Virus record (IMG/VR): IMGVR_UViG_3300047288_000037
Coordinates: 1 to 54,723 of that record
Length of the DNA stretch: 54,723 bases
Origin: a virus
Taxonomy: Duplodnaviria > Caudoviricetes
Direction: 5' to 3' (one strand)
Shown: positions 34,141 to 43,738 of the stretch, piece after piece
Layout: each line of letters opens with the position of its first letter
Numbering within the stretch: position 1 is the first letter of the stretch
Notes under the pieces: generated by a model
The model's input: the letters and a program-made list of their open reading frames with translations, nothing else
Database searches by the model: none
What the model was told of the DNA's origin: nothing
Program-made: the position numbers and the translations under genes

Positions 34141-35999
34141 GTATAATAACTATAGACATGGAAACTTACTATGATAAGGACTACACCCTAAAAAAGATGA
34201 CGACTGAGGCGTACATACGTGACCCACGCTTTCAGGTTATAGGTGTAGGCATCAAGATAGATGACGGGCAGACGGATTGGTACAGCGGCGATAGGGTCGG
34301 GCAGTTTCTGAACTCGATTGATTACACTGACAAGGCTATCTTATGCCACAACACAGCATTCGATGGTGCAATTCTTTCATGGCATTACGGCATCAAGCCT
34401 AAGCTATGGCTGGACACACTATCAATGGCACGACCCAAGCACTCGCTTACGGTGGGTGGTAGCTTGGCGGCACTGGCTACGTACTACAAACTTAATGCCA
34501 AAGGTACTGAGGTAGAGAACGCACTCGGTAAACGCAGGGAAGATTTCGACCATGCGGCATTGGCTAGGTATGCAGAGTACTGCTGTAACGATGTGGATAT
34601 TACATATGAACTGTTCAAGAAGTTGAAGGTTGATTTCCCTGTATCAGAGCTGCTAATCATAGACCGCACCATTCGTATGTACACCGAACCACGCATTGTG
34701 TTAGATGAAAGCTTGCTTAGTACTCATCTGGCTAATGTAATCGCTCGTAAAGAAGCACTGCTGGATAGTATCCACGTAACCAAAGACGAACTCATGTCTA
34801 ACAATAAGTTTGCAGATGTGTTACGTTCACTTGGTGTAGAGCCACCGATGAAAACTTCGCTACGTACAGGCAAGCAAACCTATGCTTTTGGTAAGACAGA
34901 TGTAGGTATGGAAGAATTGCAGGAACATCCTGATGAAATGGTACAGGCGGTAGTAGCCGCAAGGCTGGGGGTTAAGTCTACGCTTGAGGAAACCAGAACA
35001 CAGGCACTCATTGGTGTATCACGGCGAGGCAAGCTACCAATCCTGCTCAACTACTATGGCGCACACACAGGCCGCTTTAGTGGCGGTGACAGGCTGAACT
35101 TGCAAAACCTACCTAGTAGGGGGGACAACACTATACGCAGGGCGATACGCGCAGAGGAAGGACACGTACTAATATCTTGTGACTCGTCACAGATTGAGGC
35201 TCGTACCGTAGCGTGGCTGGCAGGACAGCTTGACTTAGTACAGGCATTTGCCGAAGGGCGTGATGTGTATTCAGAGTTTGCCAGTGAGGTTTACGGCAGG
35301 CCGATTACTAAGGCCGACAAGGTGGAACGCTTTGTTGGTAAGACCTGTATTCTGGGTCTAGGCTATGGCATGGGGGCTGAGAAATTCAGACGCACCTTAG
35401 AGATTGGGCAGGCAGGCGTGAACGTAATCATTACGTTAGAAGAAGCACAGCGTATCGTGCAGATTTACCGCACCAAGAACCATAAGATTGTGGCTCTATG
35501 GACACTGATGAACCATGCTATTAAGTGTATTGCCGCAAGGCAGAGTGGCTTGATTGCTAAGAACGTAAGCTATGATGAAGAAGGTATCCGCTTACCGAAC
35601 GGCTTTTATATCCGCTACCCTGCGCTACGCTTAGGACCTGACAATAACTATGAGTATATCGCTGACCCACGGCAGTACCGCAAGGCTTTTAAAGAACGTG
35701 TGATGAACGGTAAGACAGACGAGAACATCAAGTGGACAAAAATCTACGGCGGTAAGGCCACAGAGAACGTGGTGCAAGCACTGGCTAGGATTGTAGTTGG
35801 TGAGCAGATGATACTTGTAGGGCAGAAGTACCCAGTATTGTTTCAGGTACACGATGAACTAATCGTTACAGCCCCGGTAGATGATGCGGATAACGCACAG
35901 AAATATGTTGAGGCTTGTATGTCTACCAGACCATCATGGGCCCCTGATTTACCTATCGCTTGTGAAAGCGGTGTGGCTGATAACTATGGAGATACATAA
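34137..35999 (+). CDS. polA: DNA polymerase family A with 3'-5' exonuclease
   Basis: Exo motifs IDMET, HNTAFD and YCCNDV; motif A DSSQIEAR; motif B RFVGKTCILGLGYG; motif C VHDE. Confidence 0.95.
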   Translation: MSIITIDMETYYDKDYTLKKMTTEAYIRDPRFQVIGVGIKIDDGQTDWYSGDRVGQFLNSIDYTDKAILCHNTAFDGAILSWHYGIKPKLWLDTLSMARPKHSLTVGGSLAALATYYKLNAKGTEVENALGKRREDFDHAALARYAEYCCNDVDITYELFKKLKVDFPVSELLIIDRTIRMYTEPRIVLDESLLSTHLANVIARKEALLDSIHVTKDELMSNNKFADVLRSLGVEPPMKTSLRTGKQTYAFGKTDVGMEELQEHPDEMVQAVVAARLGVKSTLEETRTQALIGVSRRGKLPILLNYYGAHTGRFSGGDRLNLQNLPSRGDNTIRRAIRAEEGHVLISCDSSQIEARTVAWLAGQLDLVQAFAEGRDVYSEFASEVYGRPITKADKVERFVGKTCILGLGYGMGAEKFRRTLEIGQAGVNVIITLEEAQRIVQIYRTKNHKIVALWTLMNHAIKCIAARQSGLIAKNVSYDEEGIRLPNGFYIRYPALRLGPDNNYEYIADPRQYRKAFKERVMNGKTDENIKWTKIYGGKATENVVQALARIVVGEQMILVGQKYPVLFQVHDELIVTAPVDDADNAQKYVEACMSTRPSWAPDLPIACESGVADNYGDT

Positions 36000-36130
36000 T
36001 GAGTAACATGACTGTTATATCGGAAGATGAATTGGATGCTTTAGCATCTGAACTCAGAACCATATCCTACGGGTACAGCAAACCATTCTATTGGTTTCGA
36101 TACCCTGATTTAATTATTGAAAAGTATTAG
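35999..36130 (+). CDS. Small hypothetical protein (43 aa), possibly a degraded gene
   Basis: MSNMTVISEDELDALASELR...; GGAG SD; TAATG coupling to polA. Confidence 0.45.
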   Translation: MSNMTVISEDELDALASELRTISYGYSKPFYWFRYPDLIIEKY

Positions 36131-36193
36131 TAGTCAGCGTACACTGGAAGTTCAAATCTTAGGACACGGACTAACCATCCGTGAGTACAATTT

Positions 36194-36853
36194 ATGAAGC
36201 TGTCACATTCTTACTCAAGCATTAAGTTGTTTGAGAACTGCCCATACCGATACATGAGGCAGCGTGTAGTAAAAGATATTGTGGATGAAGGTGGTGAAGC
36301 CAGTATCAATGGTGAACGCATACACAAATTTCTGGAAGATAGGCTCAAGGAAAACCTAGAGTTACCTCAGGAGGTAGCGCATTACGAGCCACTATGCAGA
36401 GCAGTTGAGCATCTGTCTAGCGCAGGTGAGTTACACATCGAGAAAGAACTTGTGCTTAATGATAACTTGCAACCGACTGGGTGGTGGGATACCGATGCTT
36501 GGTTTAGAAGCAAGTTGGATATTCTGGTAATCATAGGCCGCGATGCTGTGGTTATGGACTGGAAAACAGGGAAGCGCAAACCAGACTTCTTTCAGATGCA
36601 GATATTTGCAGTGCAAGTATTCAAGCACTTTCCTAACGTAGATAGAGTAAAGACCTCACTCGTGTGGCTCAAGGACAACAAGATGGATACAGAAACGTAT
36701 ACCAGATTGCAAGCCAATGAACTATGGGCTGAGATTATTAAGCGAGTAAACCGTATTGAGAAGGCACTGGAACATGATGTGTGGCCTGCTAAACCTAGTG
36801 GCTTGTGCCGCTACTGCCCAGCCAGACATGATTGTGACTTTGCTAAACTTTAG
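36194..36853 (+). CDS. PD-(D/E)XK (Cas4/RecB-like) exonuclease
   Basis: SYSSI..FENCP, G..IH, KLD, DWKTGK, QM..FA and CRYCP....C. Confidence 0.88.
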   Translation: MKLSHSYSSIKLFENCPYRYMRQRVVKDIVDEGGEASINGERIHKFLEDRLKENLELPQEVAHYEPLCRAVEHLSSAGELHIEKELVLNDNLQPTGWWDTDAWFRSKLDILVIIGRDAVVMDWKTGKRKPDFFQMQIFAVQVFKHFPNVDRVKTSLVWLKDNKMDTETYTRLQANELWAEIIKRVNRIEKALEHDVWPAKPSGLCRYCPARHDCDFAKL

Positions 36854-36855
36854 AG

Positions 36856-36884
36856 TTGACATGAATGTAACCGAGGGATATTAT
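36856..36884 (+). promoter_or_regulatory. Near-consensus sigma70 promoter containing the GTAACC motif
   Basis: TTGACA-N17-TATTAT; the spacer holds TGAATGTAACCGA, identical to 21672-21684. Confidence 0.55.
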
Positions 36885-37176
36885 GAGCACAACACCTGAG
36901 GGTAAAGTAAAGAAAAAGGTGGTCGAGTTATTTAAGAAGTACGAAGTATGGTACTTCATGCCAGCTAACAACGGCTTTGGCAAATCTGGGATACCAGACT
37001 TTATAGCCATAGTTAGGGGCAGGTTTGTAGGTGTGGAGTGTAAGGCAGATAAAACCAAGAAGCCTACCGAACTACAAATTATTCGGGGTAAGGAAATTCA
37101 AGAAGCTGGTGGTGCATGGATGGTTGTCTATGACGCTGACACACTGGCGGCTCTTGAGAAGTTGATAACGTATTGA
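36883..37176 (+). CDS. VRR-NUC nuclease / Holliday junction resolvase
   Basis: PEGKVK, GIPDF, VECKA and PTELQ......I..AGG motifs. Confidence 0.88.
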   Translation: MSTTPEGKVKKKVVELFKKYEVWYFMPANNGFGKSGIPDFIAIVRGRFVGVECKADKTKKPTELQIIRGKEIQEAGGAWMVVYDADTLAALEKLITY

Positions 37177-37185
37177 GGTGACACG

Positions 37186-38736
37186 ATGCTAGTAATCGAG
37201 AAGGCAAGGACACTTGCCCTAAGGCTTAATCACCCTGCAAGGGTGCTAGACAGCATACCAACAGCCAAGACTATCAAGGTCAGGGGCATTGAGTTGGTTA
37301 CTGTGCCGCATAAAATGGATGAAGTTAAAGTCCTGAACAACCTTGGTATTAAAGCACCATCACCCATACTGTATTACTATGACTGGCCCGGAACATATAA
37401 GCCATACGACCACCAGAAACAGACAGCAGCTTTCCTGACAACAAATTTCAAAGGCTTAGTTCTCAATGAGATTGGTACAGGCAAAACGCAGTCATCCCTG
37501 TGGGCGGCTGACTATCTGATGCAGACTAAACAGGTGAAGAAGGTACTAATACTGTCGCCGCTATCAACACTTGAGCGTGTGTGGGGTGATGCAATATTCA
37601 AAGGCTTTCCCAACCGTAGATTTGTTGTACTGCATGGTACTGCGGCTCGTAGGATTAAGTTGCTACACACTAATGTGGATTTCTACATCATCAACCATGA
37701 TGGGTTCAGTATTATTTCTGATGAAGCCAAAGGTATGTTCGACTTGGTTATCGTGGATGAGGCGGCTGTACTGCGTAACGCATCTACTAACAGGTTCAAG
37801 GTATTCCGTAAGTTCATGGAACAGAATCCTACAACACGTTTGTGGTTGATGACTGGGACACCGACACCCAATGACCCGACAGATGCTTGGGCTTTAGCTA
37901 GATTGGTTGGTAGTCCGCACTGTACCAAGACGTTCACGGCTTTCCGTGAGCAAGTGATGATGAAGATAGGACAGTGGAAGTTCGTGCCTCGCCCAGAGTC
38001 TGTGGATATTGTTAAGCATATCTTACAGCCATCGGTTAGGTACACTCGTGATGAATGCTTTGACTTGCCTGATACCGTGATACAGACACGGCAGGTTGAA
38101 ATGACACCAGAGCAGAAGAAGCACTATGCAGCCATGCTCAAGCACTATTCTACCGAGTTGGCAGAGGGGGCTATCACAGCCGCCAATGAAGCAGTCAAGG
38201 TACAGAAGCTGGTACAGATTGCTTGTGGTGTAGTGTACGGTGATGAAGGTGAGAACATTGAACTTGATTGTTCACCACGGATTAACTTAGTGAAGGAGGT
38301 GATTGAGGAGGCAGGTGAAAAAGTAATTGTCTTTGTGCCACTGACAGGCACATTGCATATGTTAGAGCGTGAACTGTCCAAGCACTGGTCAGTTGGTGTT
38401 GTGAACGGCGAAGTATCTTCTACCAAGCGTAATGAGATATTCCAAAACTTCCAGCATGAGAAAGACCCACACGTTCTGATAGCCCATCCGGGCACAATGG
38501 CTCATGGCCTTACCCTTACCAGTGCGTCAACGATTATCTGGTATGGGCCTGTGACAAGCAACGAGCAGTATGTTCAGGCAAATGGTCGCATTGAGCGAAT
38601 CGGGAAGAAGCATGTATCCAATGTAATCCACATTGAATCAACAGAACTTGAGTACAAGATGTATGAGCGACTCAAGAACAAACAGAAATTACAGGGTCTG
38701 CTTCTTGATGTAATTCAATCGGAATCGAATAGGTGA
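37186..38736 (+). CDS. SNF2-family (SF2) helicase
   Basis: PYDHQ, GTGKT, VDEAA, MTGTP, GLTL and QANGRIERIG motifs. Confidence 0.92.
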   Translation: MLVIEKARTLALRLNHPARVLDSIPTAKTIKVRGIELVTVPHKMDEVKVLNNLGIKAPSPILYYYDWPGTYKPYDHQKQTAAFLTTNFKGLVLNEIGTGKTQSSLWAADYLMQTKQVKKVLILSPLSTLERVWGDAIFKGFPNRRFVVLHGTAARRIKLLHTNVDFYIINHDGFSIISDEAKGMFDLVIVDEAAVLRNASTNRFKVFRKFMEQNPTTRLWLMTGTPTPNDPTDAWALARLVGSPHCTKTFTAFREQVMMKIGQWKFVPRPESVDIVKHILQPSVRYTRDECFDLPDTVIQTRQVEMTPEQKKHYAAMLKHYSTELAEGAITAANEAVKVQKLVQIACGVVYGDEGENIELDCSPRINLVKEVIEEAGEKVIVFVPLTGTLHMLERELSKHWSVGVVNGEVSSTKRNEIFQNFQHEKDPHVLIAHPGTMAHGLTLTSASTIIWYGPVTSNEQYVQANGRIERIGKKHVSNVIHIESTELEYKMYERLKNKQKLQGLLLDVIQSESNR

Positions 38737-38740
38737 CACT

Positions 38741-39148
38741 ATGACACAATTAACGGTAGACGCAGTAGTAGCTACGTACATGAAGCTACGAGCCAAGAAG
38801 GATGCCATCGAAGCGCAGGTCAAGGCTGAGGTGGATGGTATTAAACAACAGATGGAAAAGATTGAGGCGTGGATTAAGGAACAAGCTGATGCACAGGGCG
38901 TTACCTCATTCAAAACCAACCACGGTACAGCGTTCTTAACCACCGTAGACTACGCCAACGTAGCCGACTGGGATGCAGTACTCAACTACATTCGTGAGAA
39001 CGAGGCATACGATATGCTTGAGAAGCGCGTCAGTAAGACAGCAGTCCGTGGCTATATCGAAAATACCAAGACAGTACCACCCGGTGTGAACTACGGTACA
39101 AAGCTTGAAGTAAGTATTCGTAAACCCACAAAGAAAGTTGAGGAGTAG
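38741..39148 (+). CDS. Replication-module coiled-coil protein
   Basis: Coiled coil followed by SFKT.HGT, DWD, LEKRVS and PPGV. Confidence 0.75.
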   Translation: MTQLTVDAVVATYMKLRAKKDAIEAQVKAEVDGIKQQMEKIEAWIKEQADAQGVTSFKTNHGTAFLTTVDYANVADWDAVLNYIRENEAYDMLEKRVSKTAVRGYIENTKTVPPGVNYGTKLEVSIRKPTKKVEE

Positions 39149-39149
39149 A

Positions 39150-39437
39150 ATGATACGTTCGTACTTAAAAAGAATTATTCGTGAGGTGATGTTAGAACCT
39201 CGTGAAGGGCCGCAGATATTACGTGACAGGTCATACACGGTAGAAGAAGCACTAAGTAATACAGCACCTAGCCATATGATTTTCCAGATTGCAAATGGGT
39301 TTATAGTAGTAAACAGAAACTTGAACGAGCCTATAGTTAGGTCAATGAATTTACCTGTATTCTGCAAGACAGGTGAAGAAATAGCAGAGGCAATAGTTGC
39401 AGGCGCAGTAAAAGATAAGATGAATATTGGGGTTTAG
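39150..39437 (+). CDS. Hypothetical protein (95 aa)
   Basis: GAGGAG SD before ATG 39150. Confidence 0.65.
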   Translation: MIRSYLKRIIREVMLEPREGPQILRDRSYTVEEALSNTAPSHMIFQIANGFIVVNRNLNEPIVRSMNLPVFCKTGEEIAEAIVAGAVKDKMNIGV

Positions 39438-39539
39438 GCTGTAGGCGCAGGTGGTAGTGGAGTTAGGTCTAATACTCCAACCACAGCACAAAAAGCAAGT
39501 CCATATTAAGCATCAACATATTTAACCACGGAGTATATT

Positions 39540-40565
39540 ATGAGTACAAATCTCACACTAGCAAATGTTCAAATCCCAGCACACGTGGCAGCACGTATTG
39601 GTACACCAACAGCTTTGAGTACCGCATTGGCAAGCGGTTTATCAAGCGGTGAAAATCACCCACGAATTTCAATCAAGGGCAGTCGCTTCCGTATCATCGA
39701 GGATGGCGTTGAAACCGTTTTGGATTCTATGGCGTTGGATGTAGTAATCGTAGGTGCTAACCCTAACATTACCAAGACTTGGTACGCCAAACAGTGGACA
39801 CCAGATGGTGACCCAGTAGCACCTGATTGTTTCTCACATGACGGTAAGACACCAGACCCACAGGCATCTAATCCACAGAATGACCTGTGTGCTTCATGCC
39901 CACAGAATGCTTGGGGTTCACGTGTCACACCACAAGGTAAGGAAATCAAGGCATGTTCTGACCAGAAAACTCTGGCTATCGTAGCGGCTGATGACCCAGA
40001 AGGTACTATCTATCAGTTGCAAGTCACACCTGCCGCACTGCAAGGCCTGAGCAAGTTCCACAAAGAACTTTCTGTACGTGGTATCCCACCAGAAATTGTG
40101 CGTACTAAGGTGACGTTCGATACCGATGCTTCATTCCCTAAACTGATGTTCAGCTTCAATGGTTTCTTGGATGAAGATACACAGGCCGCAGTCGATAAGC
40201 TGTTTGGTTCTGATGAGGTTAAGGAAATCACTGGTGAGGCCAGAGCATTGGCAGCTGCCAACATGGTAATGAACAAAGCACCAGCAGCTAAGCCAAGCGT
40301 AGCACCTGCACCAGAGCCAGCACCTGCACCAGCAGCGAAGGCTTCAGGTTTTGGTAAGAAAGCGGCTGCACCCGTAGCAGAGCCAGCACCTGCACCAGCA
40401 GCGAAGGCTTCAGGTTTTGGTAAGAAAGCGGCTGCTGCCCCAGCTGCGACAGAAGCACCAGTAGAGAAAGAAGTACAGGCAGCACCAGCTGATGTACCAT
40501 CTGCATCTTCACTGGCTGATGAAATCGCCGCATTAGTAGGTTCAGTAGGTGCTGATGATGCCTAA
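39540..40565 (+). CDS. Putative ssDNA-binding/annealing protein with Zn motif
   Basis: PRISIKG, PDCFS.DG, CASCPQNAWGS and KACS; long P/A linker and acidic tail. Confidence 0.7.
   Translation: MSTNLTLANVQIPAHVAARIGTPTALSTALASGLSSGENHPRISIKGSRFRIIEDGVETVLDSMALDVVIVGANPNITKTWYAKQWTPDGDPVAPDCFSHDGKTPDPQASNPQNDLCASCPQNAWGSRVTPQGKEIKACSDQKTLAIVAADDPEGTIYQLQVTPAALQGLSKFHKELSVRGIPPEIVRTKVTFDTDASFPKLMFSFNGFLDEDTQAAVDKLFGSDEVKEITGEARALAAANMVMNKAPAAKPSVAPAPEPAPAPAAKASGFGKKAAAPVAEPAPAPAAKASGFGKKAAAAPAATEAPVEKEVQAAPADVPSASSLADEIAALVGSVGADDA
40312..40435 (+). repeat. Exact 58-bp direct repeat (66-bp period) in the SSB-like gene
   Basis: CAGAGCCAGCACC...GAAAGCGGCTGC at 40312-40369 and 40378-40435. Confidence 0.95.
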
Positions 40566-40839
40566 TCCAATCGACTTCACTAAAGTCGAGGCACTACGTA
40601 AACACATGATGCTTCGCCGACAGGATATGTCGGAGTTGCTAGGTGTGACTAGGATGACTTACTACCGATGGATTCAGGGCAGGGTTCCTGAGGATAAGTA
40701 CCTAGAAAAAATTAGGCTTGTTTTAAAAAATCTTTTAGCTATCATGGTAGAAGATAAGTGGCCTACACCAGACGTTATAATTCTGGATGCGGAAACTAGA
40801 CGAGCCAAATTAGACGAAGTGCTAAAGCGGTTTAACTGA
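40555..40839 (+). CDS. XRE/Cro-type HTH transcriptional regulator
   Basis: LRKHMMLRRQDMSELLGVTRMTYYRWIQG. Confidence 0.8.
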   Translation: MMPNPIDFTKVEALRKHMMLRRQDMSELLGVTRMTYYRWIQGRVPEDKYLEKIRLVLKNLLAIMVEDKWPTPDVIILDAETRRAKLDEVLKRFN

Positions 40840-40844
40840 TGGAG

Positions 40845-40864
40845 TGAGGGGCCGAAGCCCCTCA
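40845..40864. promoter_or_regulatory. Hairpin upstream of the primase gene
   Basis: TGAGGGGC-CGAA-GCCCCTCA; 16-bp core identical to 13495-13510. Confidence 0.55.
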
Positions 40865-40882
40865 TAATGATACGGGGATAAT

Positions 40883-43738
40883 ATGAACACGCTGGATTTC
40901 TTTCGGCGAGTACTCCCATCTGAGGGGCTATACTGTATAGCCAGCTTTACTAAAGACCATCCTGCACCAAGGCATGGTTTTTTCACCTCAGTAGATGAAC
41001 TCGCAAAGGTGGCTCTTGCGCTTGACGCAAGGGGAAACGCAACATACTACGCTATCGCTGCATATAACGATAAAAAACGTAAGCAGGAATTTGTCAGTAG
41101 CATCCGTGTAATCGCTATGGATGTAGACTGCGGCGAAAACAAACCATATCCAACATACAAGGAAGGCCTACTGGCACTGGGCAAGTTCGTGACTGACTTC
41201 GGTATGCCGAAGCCTATGGTCGTGTTCTCAGGTGGCGGCTTGCATGTGTACTGGATATTAGAAGAAGCACTGGACTATGATACGTGGAAGCCATTGGCAG
41301 AAGCGATGAAGGCCTTAGCCTTGAACAGTGGCTTTATGATTGACCCTGCCGTTACTGGTGACGCGGCGCGAATCTTACGGCCAGTCGGTACGACAAACAA
41401 CAAGAACGGTAATACGGTAAAGTTATTGGTGGATGCACCAAATGTACCGCTCATCTACTTGCGTTCTATACTGGAACAACACAAAGTAATTCCAAAGGCT
41501 CAACCGGTAAGCCAGAGGTCAGCATCCAGCAGTACGTTGTTGGATGCTCTAGCAGTTAAGGTGGAGTTCAATCCATCCAGACCAGACAAAATTTACAACG
41601 CTTGCGCTCAAGTGCAATGGGCTGTGGACAACCAAGATAAAGTAGAAGAACCTACTTGGTATGGTGTGTTAGGTATCGCTGCGTACTGCGAGAACCCTGA
41701 GTATGTAGCCATTGAGTGGAGTAAGAACCATCCCGGCTTTGACCAGCAGAATACCATCGACAAGATGGCTCACTGGAAAGAACAGGTATCAGGACCGACA
41801 ACCTGCAAACGCTTTGCTGAACTCAACTCTGGCCTATGTAAAGGCTGTAAATTCAAAGACAAGATTACCAGCCCAGCTATACTCGGTGTAACTTATGTTG
41901 AAGCTGAGTCAGAGGCTGCCAAGTTTGACCCGATTGCTTCCGATGTGCCAATGCCACGGGCGTTCAAGCGTACCACGGCAGGTATCGTAATCAAGATTGA
42001 GGACAATGAGATTCCAGTATGCTCATTCGACATATACCCAGTGGGCTATGGTAAGGATGAAAGCTTGGGGTATGAAGTTGTACGGTATATGTGGAATAGA
42101 CCACACGTTGGATGGACTGAGTTGGTCTTGCGACAGGCCCATCTGGTTGATAACAGTAGTGAGTTTGGCACTACGATAGCAGACCAAGGCATCGTGCTTG
42201 AGTCGGCATCTAAGACGAAGAATTTTCAAATGCTATTACGTTCATACATGGAAGAATTAAAACAGAGGCGTGGTCTGACCAACCTGTATTCATCTATGGG
42301 TTGGAAGGATGGCTACAATCAATTCATCATAGGCAATACGCTACTGCGCCGTATGCCAGATGGCAGTATATCTCAGGAGTCTGTAAACCTCGCATCATCA
42401 ATAGCCAAAGTTGGTGACCAGATGTATGGTACAGCAGGCTCACGTGATGAGTGGGTTAAGTTCACCAAGATTCTTGAAACAGCCAAGATGACACCACACA
42501 AGTTCTTGCTAGGCTTTAGCTTTGCCACACCACTACTCAAGATGACAGGCATTAAAGGTCTGACACTATCCATCTACGGCGAAACTGGTGCAGGTAAAAC
42601 ACTTGGGCAGTTGATGATGCAATCAGTATGGGGAAACCCAGACCAGCTACACTTCGGTGGTAAGTTCACACAGAATAGTATGTTCGCTAGGCTGTCTACT
42701 CATGGCAATCTACCCATGACTATTGACGAAACCACGATGATGGATGCCGATGAAGTAGGCGATATGCTCTACTGGGTAACACAAGGTAAGGACAAAGGCA
42801 GGTTGGGTCGTGCCGCCGAAGAACGAGCGGCTCGTGAGTTCCAGACTACCGCTACATTATCCACAAACAAATCCATACAAAGTATGCTCTACGCTGGTGG
42901 CAGTGCGTCAGACGCGCAGCTTGCTCGATTGCTTGAGTTTCACATGCCAGTGCATCCACTATTGAGTAAAGGTACGGCAGTTGGTCGCCAGCTGTATATG
43001 TTCCTCATGCACAACTATGGGTGGGCAGGCATTGAGTTCATTAAGAACGTGATGGAGTTGGGTGAGGACAGAGTAAAGGCTATGGTGCAACACGCTATCG
43101 CTGAGTTCCCCACCAGATACGGTGTCGTGTTCTCAGGTAACGAACGCTTCTGGGAAGTAGGTGTAGTGCTTGCCGACTTGGGTAATAGACTAGCCAAAGA
43201 CTTCGGTTTAATCCAGTATGAAGTGGAAGACGCAACCGAGTGGGCACTAGAAGAACTTGTTGGTATCAAGAAAAATGCACTGGCTAACCGTGTTGATGCG
43301 TTCGATTTACTGGGCGAGTTCATCAACGAGCACATGGACTCGGCTATTACCGTGATGCACACCGATGGTCAGAAGCCAATGAAAGATAGCACCAGACCTT
43401 ACGTTGCTGAGATTACAGTACGCTATGACCTGTACCGTAAGACATTCGATGGCAAGTTCACCAGCGGTACGGTGATGATTGAGCGAACCAAACTCAGACG
43501 CTGGTTAGCCAAACGTGGTATTGACTACAAAGGATTCCTCAACGAGTTTGATGCTGAGAACATCAACGCTACACCAAAATCACAGAAGGCATACTTCGGT
43601 AAAGATGTTGGCATTAAAATTCCACAGTGCTATGTGGTAGGCATAAACTTAAACCACCCACGACTACAAGGTATCTTGGACGATGCCGAGCAATCAGTAG
43701 GCGATTTAAGTTTGGGTCAGTTGAAAGCAGTTAGTTAG
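40883..43738 (+). CDS. AEP-type primase fused to a DUF927/SF3-like helicase
   Basis: MDVD, SGGGLHVYW, RILRPVGTTN, Cys cluster (TTC...CKGC), GWK, Walker A GETGAGKT, Walker B IDE. Confidence 0.88.
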   Translation: MNTLDFFRRVLPSEGLYCIASFTKDHPAPRHGFFTSVDELAKVALALDARGNATYYAIAAYNDKKRKQEFVSSIRVIAMDVDCGENKPYPTYKEGLLALGKFVTDFGMPKPMVVFSGGGLHVYWILEEALDYDTWKPLAEAMKALALNSGFMIDPAVTGDAARILRPVGTTNNKNGNTVKLLVDAPNVPLIYLRSILEQHKVIPKAQPVSQRSASSSTLLDALAVKVEFNPSRPDKIYNACAQVQWAVDNQDKVEEPTWYGVLGIAAYCENPEYVAIEWSKNHPGFDQQNTIDKMAHWKEQVSGPTTCKRFAELNSGLCKGCKFKDKITSPAILGVTYVEAESEAAKFDPIASDVPMPRAFKRTTAGIVIKIEDNEIPVCSFDIYPVGYGKDESLGYEVVRYMWNRPHVGWTELVLRQAHLVDNSSEFGTTIADQGIVLESASKTKNFQMLLRSYMEELKQRRGLTNLYSSMGWKDGYNQFIIGNTLLRRMPDGSISQESVNLASSIAKVGDQMYGTAGSRDEWVKFTKILETAKMTPHKFLLGFSFATPLLKMTGIKGLTLSIYGETGAGKTLGQLMMQSVWGNPDQLHFGGKFTQNSMFARLSTHGNLPMTIDETTMMDADEVGDMLYWVTQGKDKGRLGRAAEERAAREFQTTATLSTNKSIQSMLYAGGSASDAQLARLLEFHMPVHPLLSKGTAVGRQLYMFLMHNYGWAGIEFIKNVMELGEDRVKAMVQHAIAEFPTRYGVVFSGNERFWEVGVVLADLGNRLAKDFGLIQYEVEDATEWALEELVGIKKNALANRVDAFDLLGEFINEHMDSAITVMHTDGQKPMKDSTRPYVAEITVRYDLYRKTFDGKFTSGTVMIERTKLRRWLAKRGIDYKGFLNEFDAENINATPKSQKAYFGKDVGIKIPQCYVVGINLNHPRLQGILDDAEQSVGDLSLGQLKAVS

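Noticed and set aside
18846-35999. Introns or inteins in terL, polA or the AAA ATPase, given the adjacent HNH genes
   Set aside because: Each gene is a continuous ORF of normal length with all motifs in order; the HNH genes lie between genes.
36060-36197. Frameshifted pseudogene continuing the 43-aa ORF to the exonuclease start
   Set aside because: Would need both a frameshift and read-through of a TAA; not supportable without homologues.
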